Position numbers and translations under genes: made by a program. DNA of 64,000 nt. It comes from Balanoglossus misakiensis (lineage: Eukaryota > Animalia > Hemichordata). Below are positions 63,061-64,000 of this stretch, one piece after another (the stretch's first letter is position 1; every line of letters starts with the position of its first letter). The notes under the pieces are model-generated. The model was not told the origin of the DNA, made no database searches, and saw nothing but the letters and a program-made list of their open reading frames with translations. The DNA is taken from the NCBI GenBank assembly GCA_040954595.2, contig CM082579.2:4081227-4145226 (forward strand). Direction: 5' to 3'.

Positions 63061-64000
63061 AAACCAAGAACAATCTAGCATCATATGTAGAATCACAAAA
63101 TCTGATATTGATTCAAATGATGTGATGAAATTGCTAGCTTATTATAGACCAAGTCTGCAGACTGAACAGTTTTGAATTATGGGGCATTCACGAGAACAAA
63201 CCTGTCTCGTTTTATTGGTCATCACAGTTTTAGCACTTTTCCGGTATATGGCCAATCCCATGCTTAACTGAATCACTGCAGGCATGCACTTTTGATAGAC
63301 CACGTGGACAGAGAGGTGTTGAGTCACACGGCAAGCCGGATGCCAACTTCTAACCAGAAACAGACCACCACTATCAACACACTGGGTAGTAATTGCATGT
63401 TAATTCATGGATGGATAAACCAGACTGGCATCCCAAAGGAAGCCAGACAAAACTTCCTCTCAGTGATCTATGAGGTCACACTCCAAGGAAAGAAAAATAT
63501 TCCAGCCTTGCCCTTTTCTTTTCCACAAGTCTGGAAGATATAATATTGACCGGAAGCTTCATTTGCATGAAATCTACATACATAACAATATAATTCATCA
63601 TATTTCAATAAAAAATTAACACATGCCGTCCCTGCTGTTATCAAACTGAACCACTCAACCAATTGAAGACACAACAATGTATTGAGTCGATATAAATCAG
63701 GATATGTAGTCAATCATTGCAAAACGGTTTTGTTTCATACAGGAAACATGTATTATTTTGGGCAGTGCCTACTTATATCGATGATGTATTGGTGTCATGG
63801 CCGGTTAATAGGCAAAAAAATAAAACTGACCCTGTCCCACATCAAGGTTTTATCAGAGGCTATAGTCAACAATGTTGCGAGTGCACAACCCTGTATTCTT
63901 TGGGCCAGCCCCCTTTCTATTATCCGAGCAGAGATCAATCTTGATGGGGTGTCGAGCCAACCTCTGATTCAGATCCTTAGACATACCAACATATAAGCAT

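Overview
This is eukaryotic (animal) genomic DNA with GT-AG introns. It is probably from a marine invertebrate deuterostome such as a hemichordate or amphioxus, an inference from protein similarity and repeat style. I reconstructed four complete protein-coding genes exon by exon: POLR1E/PAF53 (minus, 11 coding exons, about 420 aa), a CRAL-TRIO/Sec14-like gene head-to-head with it (plus, 6 exons including a 27-nt microexon, about 240 aa), a USP38/USP35-type deubiquitinase (plus, 7 coding exons, about 1038 aa) and ANKRD50 (plus, single-exon 1384-aa CDS). There is also the 5' half of a small EXPERA/EBP-like membrane protein gene (minus) whose 3' exons I could not find. Notable non-coding structure: an exact 2x450-bp tandem duplication in the POLR1E/CRAL-TRIO bidirectional promoter; several ultra-short (27-96 bp) terminal-inverted-repeat elements, some with clean target-site duplications; and a 25-kb ORF-less interval between USP38 and ANKRD50. 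That interval holds a candidate X-box promoter, well-formed non-coding exons, CTCF-like sites, a perfect DR4+CRE cluster and a shift in CpG density. No prokaryotic systems, CRISPR arrays, tRNAs or rRNAs were seen, and I cannot claim a clearly new multi-gene system. The best leads are the hidden spliced transcript and the micro-TIR elements.
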